A DNA stretch of 63,085 bases, filler included, from Diploschistes diacapsis (lineage: Eukaryota): NCBI GenBank assembly GCA_023645945.1. It is 5 parts of 5 records of this genome, joined end to end, with 100 filler letters (N's around TTAATTAATTAA, not from the genome) between each part and the next. Parts side by side here need not be neighbours in the genome. Positions count along the whole stretch, not along the records: positions 37,950 to 50,472 come from JALAIB010000731.1; positions 50,573 to 63,085 come from JALAIB010000732.1; 3 more parts are not named here. One strand, 5' to 3'. The stretch's first letter is position 1, and every line of letters starts with the position of its first letter. The translations under genes and the position numbers were made by a program. This document shows, piece by piece, positions 39,079 through 51,030 of the stretch. Below the pieces are notes generated by a model. The model did no database searches and was not told where the DNA came from. It saw only the letters and a list, made by a program, of their open reading frames with translations.

Positions 39079-41927
39079 TTACCATCCAGCCCCTCTGGCC
39101 TCCACCAGCCGCTCCAAGACACGCCCTGCTTCGCCGATCAGAGCTCCCTTTTCTCCTGCAGCGCCTCCACCTTTTGCCAGCGCTCCTCTGACGCCGACCA
39201 ATACACCCTGCACGCCTCCCAGGCCTCTTATTTTCATATTTATAATATCCTGCCAACTATCCGTGTCAAGCTTGGTCAGAAAAGCTTGCATGGCAGTGTA
39301 CGGCGCAGCAGCCGAACTGGCGGCAACATGAAAAGGCGAACCGCGCCGTGGAGTGGCTGCAGCGACGTGCACAGGGCTAATCGGTCTGAGGGCCGAGGAA
39401 GTCGATAGCGAAGGCGAGCTGCTTCCACTTCCAGCATTGCGGCCGTACGAGTACGAGCACGAGCGGGCCGGCAGCTGTAGAGTCTTGGTGTTGGTCCTCG
39501 GTAGCATAATCGGCTCGGTGCCCGGGCCCGGAATCGCCTGGGAACAACGGCTTGCGCTCGATGCGCGAGTGTTGCCGGCGCGGGAGCGAGACGGTGATCT
39601 TGATGCCGACGCCGGGGGAAGGCCTGGGTATGTGTAGGCCCAAAGGACGAGCGCGGATATGTACAGGCACCAGTCTTCTTCCAGGCCAGTAGGTAGGAAG
39701 TGCGTGTGGGAAGGAAGCGACTGCTTGGCGAAATATGTGCGTAAGATTTTCCCTGCCCACCATGTCGCGATGGCTGCATCCCGCGAGGTAGTCCAATTCT
39801 GTAGATAGTCTTTTGATGCGGCCCACGACTCCAAAGTCACTTTTCGTGCAAACAGCCACGACGAGGCAGCGGTGATTATCAAAGAAGATACCGGGGTGTA
39901 GCGTGCCAACTGCAGAAAGGGGTCTGGATATGAAGCAAGTGAGCTGTACAGAGGCGAAGGGCTGTCGGCGAAGTTGAGAACAGTGGCAATTGCAAGTTGA
40001 AATTTGGTTGGGGGTGCACTGTGATCGGTCGAAGATAAAACGAGCAAGTGCCATTGATCGAAGTCTGTGGTTGCCCAGGCGCTGGCATGACAGGGGTAAA
40101 GAAGGAACTTTCCCGCCGAGTCAACGGGCTGAACCGCTTGTTGGTCGAAGAACATCCTTCTCTGCATGTCCAGGATGAGAGAAGCCAGCAGCAGTCGGTT
40201 ACGAGATTCTGCCTCGACCCACTGATCGTGCATGGCCCGCAGAGCGCCTAATGTGGGATTCGCCGGCAACGCCGTCGCATACACGGAGGGCTCGAAAGGG
40301 CTCTGAATCTGTGCTGAATACAGCTGTTGGAGGTCAGCCACACCCACTACCTTTTGAAAAGTTGAGAAGCTTACTCTGGTGAGCATTGCTGAGAATTGTG
40401 GCGAACTGTGGACGCCGACGTTGCGAGAGCGATACAGAGCGACGTACTCGAAGAGAAAGATTCCTTGCAAAGTGGCGAGTAGCGTTTCGCTTGAGATTGA
40501 GACGGGGTCGATCTGCAGCACCTTAGCCGGGATTTCCAAAATAGCATGAGCCTCCACAGACGTACCGCGGCACATTGTCTGGACGCGAATTCGAACAATG
40601 CGTTCGTATGCGACTTGGCTTGTGGTTTGTTGGAAAGCTGCGATCCGACGGCCAACACCATCACGCCAAGCAAGGAAGGGTTGTTAGCTGGCATGAAAGT
40701 CGGATGATGTAGTATGGGAAACAACGGATCGAAATGTTCCCAGAAGCAGTCGTCGTAATGCTGGAGGGTCTCGCTGTCTACGCTGATCGGAACGTCCGGT
40801 CCGGGACCAAGTGCCGCGGGCCGCTCCGGCACCATCCTCGTCACGAAGGCGGCATCCACGTTTGAAGGTACAATTGGTGGTAGGTCGCCTGCAACACCCC
40901 GTCAGATCCAGGAACCATACAGTTCTCCAGTCCTGAATATACCCACTGGAGTCTGGCCCTGCCCCGTGAACTCGATGCCAAGACCCTCGTTCGGATACAG
41001 ATAGCCTTCCGAAGTCGTCCATACACCGGCTGCCGCCATTGGAGCGGTCGGGGGTTGGTTTTGCAGGTTTGAAGCATAGGAGACGGTGGGCTTAGTATAC
41101 ATGGTGAAATAAGATTTCTTTTGTGATTGGAGAGGTTGGTTTTCGGTCCCGGGCGAATGCCAGTCGTCAGACGAGTACATTGGGGATGGCTCTGCAGCAC
41201 CACCAATCTCGAAGCCATATTCGTTTGGTAGTCCTGCAGTTTCGGGCGAGCCTGGAAAGCCATATGGTGTATTCCAAGCCGACAACGTTGGGAAGACTTG
41301 CGAAATGCTGGTATCAACGCCGGATCCAACGGACATTGATCTCCCGGAAGAGGACGGCACAGCAACCATGGACAAATCGACTGCGGAGGCCAGTCGCTCC
41401 TGTCCGGCCGAGGAAGAACTTGGAGATCCTGCTTTGCTTTGTCCCGTGGAAGATGTTATGGATCGACGTCGCCGGCGGACATCTGGCGGTATTTCTTGGA
41501 TGATGCCGTGCCTGATAGTGAGCACTGGGCAATGGAGAAAGCGCAGGGCTACTCACTGCCTTTCCAGGTGTCTCGTCAAAAGGTCGATACGTTGAAAGGG
41601 TTTTTGGCACTCTTCAATATGACACTTGAATAGGGGCTCGTTTCGATGGTTTGCTTCATGACGCCTTTGCCAGGTCGGTCAGCTTTTTTGACCATTCAAG
41701 GGGGGGGGGCTTGATCCTGTCCTTACTTCCTGTGTTCGGCTCGCGTAAATACCTGTTGAATCGTTAATGCCGGTTTTATCGGTGGTATGGGTAAGACTGG
41801 CCTTGCCGCACCCATACTCGCAAACATGGACCTTCTTGCCCTTCTTTGCCTTGCTGATCCTATGCGTTATAGGGGTGTACGTGACTGGCGCTCCATGCTC
41901 GTCGAAGCGTCCTGGAACGTCTGACAT
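39079..41927 (-). CDS. C2H2 zinc-finger transcription factor with fungal-specific TF middle homology region
   Basis: YTPITHRISKAKKGKKVHVCEYGCGK/VFTRAEH..RH, second finger CHIEECQKPFQRIDLLTRHLER, FWEHFDPLFPILHHPTF, WVEAESRNRL. Multi-exon, start approximate. Confidence 0.88.
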
Positions 41928-43495
41928 TGCTCCTTCAGGGTCTGGATTCGTGAGAGCGGCCTTTGAGGTCAAGGTCGGGGCCGAGTCCCCCTGACACGGG
42001 TCGAGGTTCGAAAACTCGAAGGCCGACGACGATGATGATGATGATGATGATGCAGATCCTTAGAGGGAGATCTAGCGGCAGAAGGTGAGCCAAGGGGACA
42101 CGTAGCAACCGCTCGCTGTGGATGGCCCTCGATCGTTGCGTCGTATGGCAAGCTTGAGAGACGTGTTCTTCTGTGTGCCACTCACACCGTAGGCACTACG
42201 CGAAGCTATATAGTGAAACCAATCTGAGTGCCGGTGTTTCAGCAACAAGTCTTTCACAGTCCAAGGGAACTTGTCAGCGATCTAAAACAAGAAGTAGTTC
42301 CGAGGAGGAGCCAGAAGATCGGGCGAGGAGGTACGAGAAGCTGAGACGCTAGTAAGGCCCAGGAGGCAAGAAGGTGTCCGAGTATGGAGCCCTCAGCTTG
42401 TTGATAATGAAGCTTGATAAGAACCGATTTTCCGCCACGGTGGGAGCTCGCAAGTCATAGCCTCTGACGAGCGAATGATCCCTGTCTATAGTACGACAGC
42501 CGTTGGATAACGTATACCGACAGTGGAAGGGATGGGATAGATGACGTGCGCGCGTTCTATATTAAGAGGTTGGCCCCAATCATATATACAGGTACCGTAT
42601 CGCCAGGAGCATTTCTCAAATGGAGCAGAGCCAAGTATCCAGCTCCGCAGGACTGGCACCGATCTGTGCTCGATGCCACAGGTTCCGGAAACAAAAATAC
42701 TCGGTTAGGGTCGGTGATGGCCAACCGATTGCATGGCTGTGCTGACGTTATGCAGACAATATCCAGGAAAGAAGGTCAAACGGTCAAGCTTTTGCTACGG
42801 ATGTATGAGATTGAGAGTACCAGGCGCAACGCGTGCTTCCTACCCAGTCAGTTATCGTATCTGCGCTAACAAAACACACAAGGTAGAAGCCCAGTATGAA
42901 AGGAGCTGGGATGGAGAGAGGCTAGAGCAGCCTAGCAGAATGGTAGTTTGATGCTAAGAACGGTATTAAGTTAACAAAAGACGAGATATAACCAGACTCT
43001 TAAGTAAGATTGAAGTTGTTGGTGAGCAAGCTAGGTGCTGGCTCGAGGATAGTAACACAAGTTCAAAGCCAGTAGGTGCAGGGAAGAAGCCAACAAGGGG
43101 GGAAGCATGGTGTGCACGGTGAGCTTTCGCCGCAGAGTAAATGGCGTGTTTCCGAAGCAAAGGGTTATGGAGCTTGAAGGCTGATGTCTGATGTCTAATG
43201 TCTGAGGTCAGGGAGGCTTTTTCCAAAAAAGGCACGAATTCAATATAGGTTAGCGTGTCCATAGCTGGGGAATGCTTCATGAGGCTGAAGACGAAAATTT
43301 CCAAGAATCGGTGAGTAGAGACAGTTTGAGAAGGCAAGAGAAGATGCTGATTCGCTGCTGCTGCGAATGTCACCGTGGTCGAAAAAGGAAAAAGGAAAGG
43401 CCAAGGCGAGGCTGAAGAAGGAGGTGAGTTGCAGAAAAGCCTCTAGCGGCTTTGCTGTTAGTCACCAGGAGCTGAGACTGAGTAAGTAAGTGCTG

Positions 43496-43563
43496 GTGTG
43501 TGTGTGTGAGTGTGTGTGTGTGAGTGTGGGTGTGTGAGTGTGGGTGTGTGTGGGTGTGGGTGT
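43496..43563. repeat. Imperfect (GT)n microsatellite
   Basis: gtgtgtgtg/gagt/gggt array. Confidence 0.9.
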
Positions 43564-44776
43564 CTCGTATAAATCAGGAACATTCAGTTGCTCGTGAACA
43601 GAACTGGGAGTAGTAGAGAAGGGACACCGCCAACATCCCAGTTGTGGTACTACTTCGAGGCGCGCTGCCAGGCTCTTCTGGAATAGTGTCCTAGGGGCAA
43701 GCGAAGGAAGCTCGTGGGACAGGGAGCTTTGTTGTGTGTGTGACTTGTGTCGCCCTCTGTTGTACCCAGAATGAATGAATGAAAATGACGTTTTTGATTC
43801 CGAATATGAACATGAATATGCGAAAGGTAGTAACGGGAGTCGGTGTGAAGGGTTGAAGAGTCAGGTAAGGGGAGACAAATGCTACTGTACCCATAGAGCC
43901 ATTGTTGCGCTACTACTCGAAGAAGCGGCCCCAAACGCCAAAACTCGTACTTTTTACGGCGTGAAAAGTTCTACAAGTTATCTGTCTATAAATGGAAGCG
44001 CGGGACTATTTACTGAATCCATCTATTCGTTCATTACCTACTAAGTACACCCACTGCCACTCCCGCCAGAGTACAACGCTCTCCCGTTACCTCGGGCTGG
44101 TGGGCCCTGCATTTGCCACGTTTTTTGCCAAGATCCAGTTTTCTTGTTTCGGTGATGGTTAAATAGTTAAAAAGAGAGACAGAGACAGACAGAGAGAGAG
44201 AAAAGGGGGTGGAGGAATTTGACTCACATTACAGTCCCTGACCGACTCTGCAATTGTTTTGCAGGCTTCCCATTTGCATTTGTATGTTACAATTAATTAA
44301 TTACAGGTAACAAACAGCAGGAGGCTTTTACGCCCACGTGGATAAAGGGTTGATGCCAAGCTTTTGTGCGACGATCAAAGAACTCGCTTAACGCCAACCC
44401 CCCCAAGTCTAGTTAGTTAGTCTACCTGGTACGAACGCACAGGGGAGAATGACGGTTAATCTTCGGCTGATCAAACAACCTGCTAAATCAGGCCATAGTA
44501 AAGAATATTGCCATCAACGATGATCAACAAGACGTGGGTTTTATTGTAAATTGCAAGGCTTGCGGGCGATCTCTACGTTGCCGCAGTAGACGTCCGCAAT
44601 AGACGTCCGCAATAGTTTTTAAAGTGCGCCACGCAATCTACTTTTTTTTCTAGTAAACATCAGGAAATAAAAATAATAATTTCCCCAAAATAATAATAAA
44701 GTAAATATATAAATATATAAATTTATAACGTATATATATTATCCCAAAGTTGCTTAACAATAACGACGGTTAATTA

Positions 44777-44986
44777 ACGTGTTTCACCACACAACGGAAC
44801 ACACCACAAAGCGGAACACAATCCCTGCACCCTCGTAAAGTGTATTTCTTAAAGGCCGAAGAACGGGGTAGTATGGTTGAGAACAGATTTAGCTTCATGC
44901 AAATATGGAAACGCTCGATCTAGCGCAATTACATTATAATGTAGTGTTCCGCTTCGTGGGGTGTTCCGTTTCGTGATGAAACACGT
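44777..44986. mobile_element. MITE / non-autonomous pogo-Fot1-like DNA transposon (~210 bp)
   Basis: ~42-bp terminal inverted repeats (ACGTGTTTCAcCACacAACGGAACACaCCACaAAGCGGAACAC vs reverse complement of right end ACGTGTTTCAtCACgaAACGGAACACcCCACgAAGCGGAACAC), each with an internal CGGAACAC direct repeat, TA on both sides. Confidence 0.88.
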
Positions 44987-47404
44987 TAAGCTGAATATCC
45001 ACTGAATTCTCCCCACCCTACTGAGTGCATATGTCGGTTTTCATTGGCTGTTCCGCCTTCGATATTTGGGGAATCTGGACAAAGCCCAACCTCTATGCTA
45101 GATTCACCATTCTTCGAACTTTCATCTGCTCCATACGGCAGAATTAACCTTGAAAGCCTATCGCCGTGTTGCATGGGCTTCTCGAGTCTGGCTCCAGAAT
45201 GTTCCACACCTCCGATCTATATCATTCATATTGAGAGCTCCTCGAGCGCATGCAAGAAAGTTGTTATGCCATGCAGCCCGCTTTGCTCACATCTTCGCCA
45301 AAGTGGGCACACCTCGTGGGTAGCACATGCTGCAGGGCCGGAACGTGAGGCTTCTGTGCCAAAGGCACCAGAACTACGGACCACGGACCGTGGGCCATAT
45401 TCCAGATTAACGGTGGGGCAGCTGTCGAACCTCCTTCTGCACATGGAAAAACTGTACGGGACGATCCGCTCCATGTCTGAGAATAGTCATCTCAGGGCCG
45501 TCTCAACCACGGGCAGTCAAAGAAAAACGGAAGGATTGTTCTATACGGCAGGCTCGGAGACGCAATACCCCACATATCGGCTGTCAACAGCCGACTTTAC
45601 TAATGTAAAAAGCACGCGCATACATACGTACACGAAATCAACACGACGCGCCGATGCACTCGGAACCGCCGGATCTCAATTCTATGGATGACTCTTCATA
45701 CGGGTAGAGGAAATAGGAAGACCGTTACTTCTAGCACGTCCGGAACTAAATATCTACTATTCTGATTGTTGTGCGGGACCGAACGGTCAAACATGCTAAT
45801 GTCTTAACAGACACTCTTTCCAAAAACACACGTTTGCGGCCTACCAACCCCTGAGTTTCTGAGGATAGCCTCATCCCACCTGAGCCGAACGGGACAGTAG
45901 CTAAGGGGGTCCAGAAAGCGTACACAAATACATTTGGAGTCAGGACCTTCGAAACAACAACTAACTCCCTCGGATCCTGCTACTTCGCCCATGCAGACCC
46001 CATGCACGAAACCGAAGGTTCAAGACCGCTTGATGGCACAAACACGCTGTCCCAATCGGGGCTGGATTAGTTCCCTGAGCTCTGGCTGGTGAGCGTCGCC
46101 GGAATCGATTCGAAACGGGACGACGATAGAGCAGGGGCTGCACGCGACGAGGGCAAGACCGACAGATGTCGATCCGAGTGCAGCCCAAATAAACACGGTA
46201 GGAAGGAAAGGGGCAAGGCAAGGGAGCAGCCCTTGTGGATGGGAGAAGCGAAGAAGCGTCCGCGGCGAGACGTACCACTTCCCACTTTTCTCCTACGGAG
46301 ACATTGTTTCTTCTAAAAATCCCATCCGAGTTCGTGATGGTTATATGTAGGTAGAAAGGGCGAAGCGTTTCGGACTACTATGGACCCGTTTTTCAGACCG
46401 CCCGACTTTCTGTGCATGGTGACGGCGGATCGAGCCTCCCGAGATCCCACATCTTGAACATCCAGAACCCCCAAGGTAGGATCAAGTATGTGGGTTGGTG
46501 GGTTGCGCTTCGCCAATGGTCTTGCAGAGGTTGTGTTGGAAAATTAGCGACTGGCAATCGGGTAACTATAGCTTGACTTGTAGCGATTGAAATGCTATCT
46601 CGCCATGATCTTCCATCCTACCGCCGGTTGCTGCTGGTATATAGACAGTATAGGGGATGACGAATGGCTTCTATGTATCGCACAACAACGCTTGGGCCCA
46701 ATACCTTTCCGCTTGTCTTTGCCCTTGCACAACGATGAATTTCCGCAGTGCTTACGGTGCAAAGATGGACGGATACTCCTTTCTCGAATCCCATCGTACA
46801 AGGCCTGCCACTCGAAAATGATCGTCCACAAAACACACGCGCGCGCGAGGAAACAACCAACGATACCAGACCAACATGAACATTACGACAAAATGCTAGG
46901 CGAAAGAACAGAGCTGCGCCACAACAACGGGTATCTCAAAACGATCCAGTAACGCATTCCAAAGACGGAGCCGCACGAGACAGAGTATGCAAATGGCAAC
47001 AAATCCTCGCCAACAAAACTTCATTGGCCCTCCCCAACCCAAAAATTCGCAAACGTGATTTCGTTAATAACATTACTTCGCCCGCATCCCGTTCTATTCT
47101 CTAATCCCCATGCAGTAAGAGAAGGAGTGGAAGTGGAAGTAGAAGCCGCACCTAAAAGGATGTTAGTTAAGACAGTTAAGGCGATAAGATGTCGAGTGTG
47201 AATTTTAATTTAATCGGGTGGGGATGAATTCGGTCGTATCGAAGAGCGAGATGTTGGTCCCACGGTGGATCGGGAATGTAGAAAGCGCAATCCGGGAAGC
47301 CAGCCTTGTTGAAGAACTAGAAGGTTGCAGGGAGCGCCCTCGGGACCCATGCTGCAGACTCTGGTTCGAAATATAGTACCGAGGCATAGCATATATATTA
47401 TCCA

Positions 47405-49740
47405 TCATTGACTGACCGGGAGATGGTTCCTGCCCTCGCTCGTAGCTGCTGCAACAAGGACGTCGAGGCCGCTTGTGTCCTCTTTCTGCGCCGGTTGCCT
47501 CGGGCGGAGGAACCCTTGCGGTGATGCCGGAAACGCGCTGTAAATATTCTTCTGTGGTGGTGCTGGGAAGGCTTCGTAGATGCTTTCAAGGGGCAGCTTC
47601 TGATATTGGTCAGCGGAGCTTGCGTGTTCATTCCCAGTAGACCTTACGGCAGAAGGGGCAGAAGACCCTGTCGCATGTGCCTCGGCATTACCACCAGCGT
47701 GGACCACGGTCGGCTGATATTCCAAGGCAGTAGCCGCAGGTGTCCGAATGCCTTCGCTGCTGCTAGAATCCTCGGGCGACCGACGGCGCGAGGGTACCGA
47801 GCGCTGAGAAGCTAGAGCAGCGCCATTGTACCATCCTTGTCGCCTGGCGCGTGGTGGTGGAACAGGAGGTGGAATCGAAGGCGCTGCCAACGAAGGTTGT
47901 GGAAATTGGTCGATCTCGCTCAGACCTTGCTGGGACTCTTGCGGCACGGGATGTGATGCATGCGTGGGCCGCGGTGGTTGATTTGGTAAAGTTTGGGAGG
48001 AGGATGGCGCAGGGTTTTCGGTCTCGGAATTGGTCGATTGACTCCACTTGGTAGACTCCCGAGGTGGAGTTCCACCGGCGATCTCCAGCTTAGTCAAGTT
48101 TTGGTGGAGCGACAAGTCCCAAGAGGTGCGGCCACGCCGTTCCCTAGGGTGGGGAATGTTTCGATCGGAAGAAGAGGAGAACAAGGCCGGTCGGCCCGAC
48201 ATGTCCGCTTGTCGGCTGACGGCCTGACGAGGCGGTGTTGCTGGACGCTGAGATATTTGATCGAAGGTCTCGAAGCCCGGTAATCTTGGAGTATGACCCG
48301 CAGCAGTATAGGCCTGTGGAGCGAAGGCGGGTCGTGGCGCGTCGGGAGTTTGAGAGTAGCTTAGACCGCTGGTTGCTGGTCTCTGCTGGTTGCAGTTTGA
48401 GTATGTTGTCGGGTGCCAGGTTCTTCGTCGCCAGTCTGCTTCAGCAGCAACGTCGTTCCGAGCAAGGGAGTAGTTGGAGGACGTTGGGCTTGCGAGGGTA
48501 CTGTTGTTAGTAGATGTCTGAGACGAGTTCGATGGCGTTGACGGGTTCATGTACGAGGGCCCCTGAACGGTGCTCGGAGTCTGGAAAGGGTTGATTCCAG
48601 AAGGGACGGATAGTCTACGACCCACGGCTCTATCTGCCCATGACCCTGCGTTCCGTGAGATGGAGATAGGCGAGCCGAGAGTGGACCCAAATGGGCTGCT
48701 TGGAGTGTTGGTGTAGACATAGGAGGTAGGCGTGCTGGCTCCACTGGGAGACCGATGATAACCGGCAAGGGCGTTTTGTGGAGACGCCCTAAATGTATCA
48801 ATGGTCAAGCCGCCCCGTGGGCTTTGTCTGTCCGAGAGGTTCAGCGAGTGGGGTCGCGCATTTTCCCGGGCGAAATCGGACATGGTGGAAATGGTAGACG
48901 TAGTGGAGGCGACGGAGCCAATGCTGGACGTCGAGAGGTTCCGCGCATGACCTCGATGGTGAGGGCCCTGGCTTCCGCCCGTGGATGCGCGAGATCTTGC
49001 GCCGGGGGGCCGAACACGATCAGTACGAATCTGGCGTTGGAAACGAGTGCCCGTGGCTGCCAAGGAATCACCAGGAATATCTTCGTTGACATGAACGGTC
49101 TGAGCATGTTGACGAAGATTGTCCAGTCTCGAGAACCTTCTTGCGCAATGGCATTGGAAGGGTCGTTCTCCAGTGTGCTTTCTGAGGTGGTGTTAATGCA
49201 ACGTAATGTAATACGCTGGCTGTTTACACACGGACAGACTGACCTTATATGCCGAGCCAAATGCTCGCTCCTGGTAAAGCTCAAGCTGCACGGAGGATAC
49301 TCTGTACAGAAGAACCGTTGGCCCTTTTTCTTCTTTTTGGATGGTCTTTCAGATGACTCGTCATTACTGTCGTTGTCCGAAGCATCCTCCCCTTCATCCG
49401 AACCGATATCGGCCATGTCCACCTCTTGCGTGTTTGATGAGTTGTTGGAGACTAGAGAATCGTGACGCCTTAGACCCATGATTTCTTCCTGACTTGTCTG
49501 TCGCTGGACATCCAAGCCAGTCGATGATTCTGTGAGGCTTCTTTTGCCGTTTGCCGCTGCGAAGCTGTCTCTTGTTGGGGTTGCCGTGCCATTCTCCTCG
49601 GGAAAGTGAGGAGGCTGGGGGGGCGGCGGCAACTGCTGGAACGTTGCCCGAGGAGTCGTCGAGGCTCCCAACAGTGTTGCATCAGCGTGACGATCTCTTG
49701 TGCCAATCGGGCTCATCCTGATGGGCTGAAGAGCTGTCAT
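47405..49740 (-). CDS. nsdC: C2H2 transcription factor, NsdC/Usv1-like
   Basis: [85 protein letters not shown]. Confidence 0.8.
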
Positions 49741-50472
49741 TGCCACGGCTTGGTATTGTTACCTGCTCTTGCGCCAGATGGTCGTGGCCAAAAACTATTC
49801 TTCTCCAATATAAAGTCGTACCCAGGGTTGATATTGACTTCGGCTTGATATGCGAAAGGCTGAAGAAGGATTTACAGGGTGGTTACTCTGCCAGCTCAAC
49901 GGCATTTGGGTTTAGGAGTATCGGAACGAAGGTTTCAGTGTTGTCAAGGAAGCTGCTGAATCAGAGGCGCGATATCGAGGATGGGAAGGCAAGTCAAGTC
50001 GCAACGAATCCACAAGAGACGCTTAGGCTTAGGCGGTAGTGTATAACGAAGAATAGGTCGTTCTAGGCGAAGTCGCGTAGGAAATGATGGGTTGCTGCTT
50101 ATTCCCGATCGAGGTGGGACCAACAGACTCACAGATAAGGCCCCCCGGGTTATTTAGAGGCCACTTAGGGCGGAATCGGTTATTAATTATAGTTAGGTAG
50201 TCGAAGATGTCGAAAGCGAATTACTAGTCATGCATCGCAAAGATGGGGGGTACTCGAGCCGTGAGTGGACAGCTAGCAGTTACCAATTAGAAGCTAGTGG
50301 CCATGAAGAAGATGATGACGATGGCAAATGTAGGGAAGCTGTTGATAGGGAAATCGAGAACAGAAAAAAATAGACTGGGCGCAAGTTGTTTTGTCCTAGA
50401 GGGGTGAGAGCGAGAGAGAGAGAGAGTGAGAGTTCGGTTGATGAATAGGTGGGGGAGTAGTCGGGGTGGGGG

Positions 50473-50572
50473 NNNNNNNNNNNNNNNNNNNNNNNNNNNN
50501 NNNNNNNNNNNNNNNNTTAATTAATTAANNNNNNNNNNNNNNNNNNNNNNNNNNNNNNNNNNNNNNNNNNNN
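50473..50572. other. Artificial contig linker
   Basis: 44 N + TTAATTAATTAA + 44 N. Confidence 0.99.
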
Positions 50573-50743
50573 TAGCTTTAATATTTTCCAAAAAAAACAG
50601 TAGAATAAATATTCATCTTATTATAGAAAGCTTGAATATTTTTTTAGATTTTTAAAAGGCTTATGGGTGGTATAATAGCTCTATGAAATAGACGCATTTT
50701 GGTGTAATTTGGGGGAGGGTCCATTACTTTTGGCATAGTACTG
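50573..50743. mobile_element. Terminal fragment of a Tc1/mariner-like transposon (AT-rich, possibly RIP-mutated)
   Basis: Reverse complement reads TA|CAGTACTATGCCAAAAGTAATGGACCCTCCCCC, a Tc1-type CAGT...AAAAGT terminus next to TA. The partner TIR is beyond the contig edge. Confidence 0.55.
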
Positions 50744-51030
50744 TATAACGTAATCTAACACCTAATGCCGAATCCCACGTAATTGCTACTGTGAGATAGC
50801 TCTATCTCTTGAGTTGAGGCCAAATCGTGCCCTTTGCAACTTTGAACAACCTTTTACTACATTCGTAAATTCAGCATGTTCAAATGATTGGCTAACCTCC
50901 TCAACATCCTAGAAAGGAAAGATGTCAGCACTTATTCATTCAGTGATACAGCATCTATCACACAAGTGCTAGGTAGATTGGCTCTCAGTGACTAACTCCC
51001 AGCTCTCCATGTGTTGACGAGAGCGTCAAA

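Noticed and set aside
45044..45691. 215-aa ORF between the two transcription factors
   Set aside because: Non-ATG start, no recognisable motif or coding-like composition; probably intergenic.
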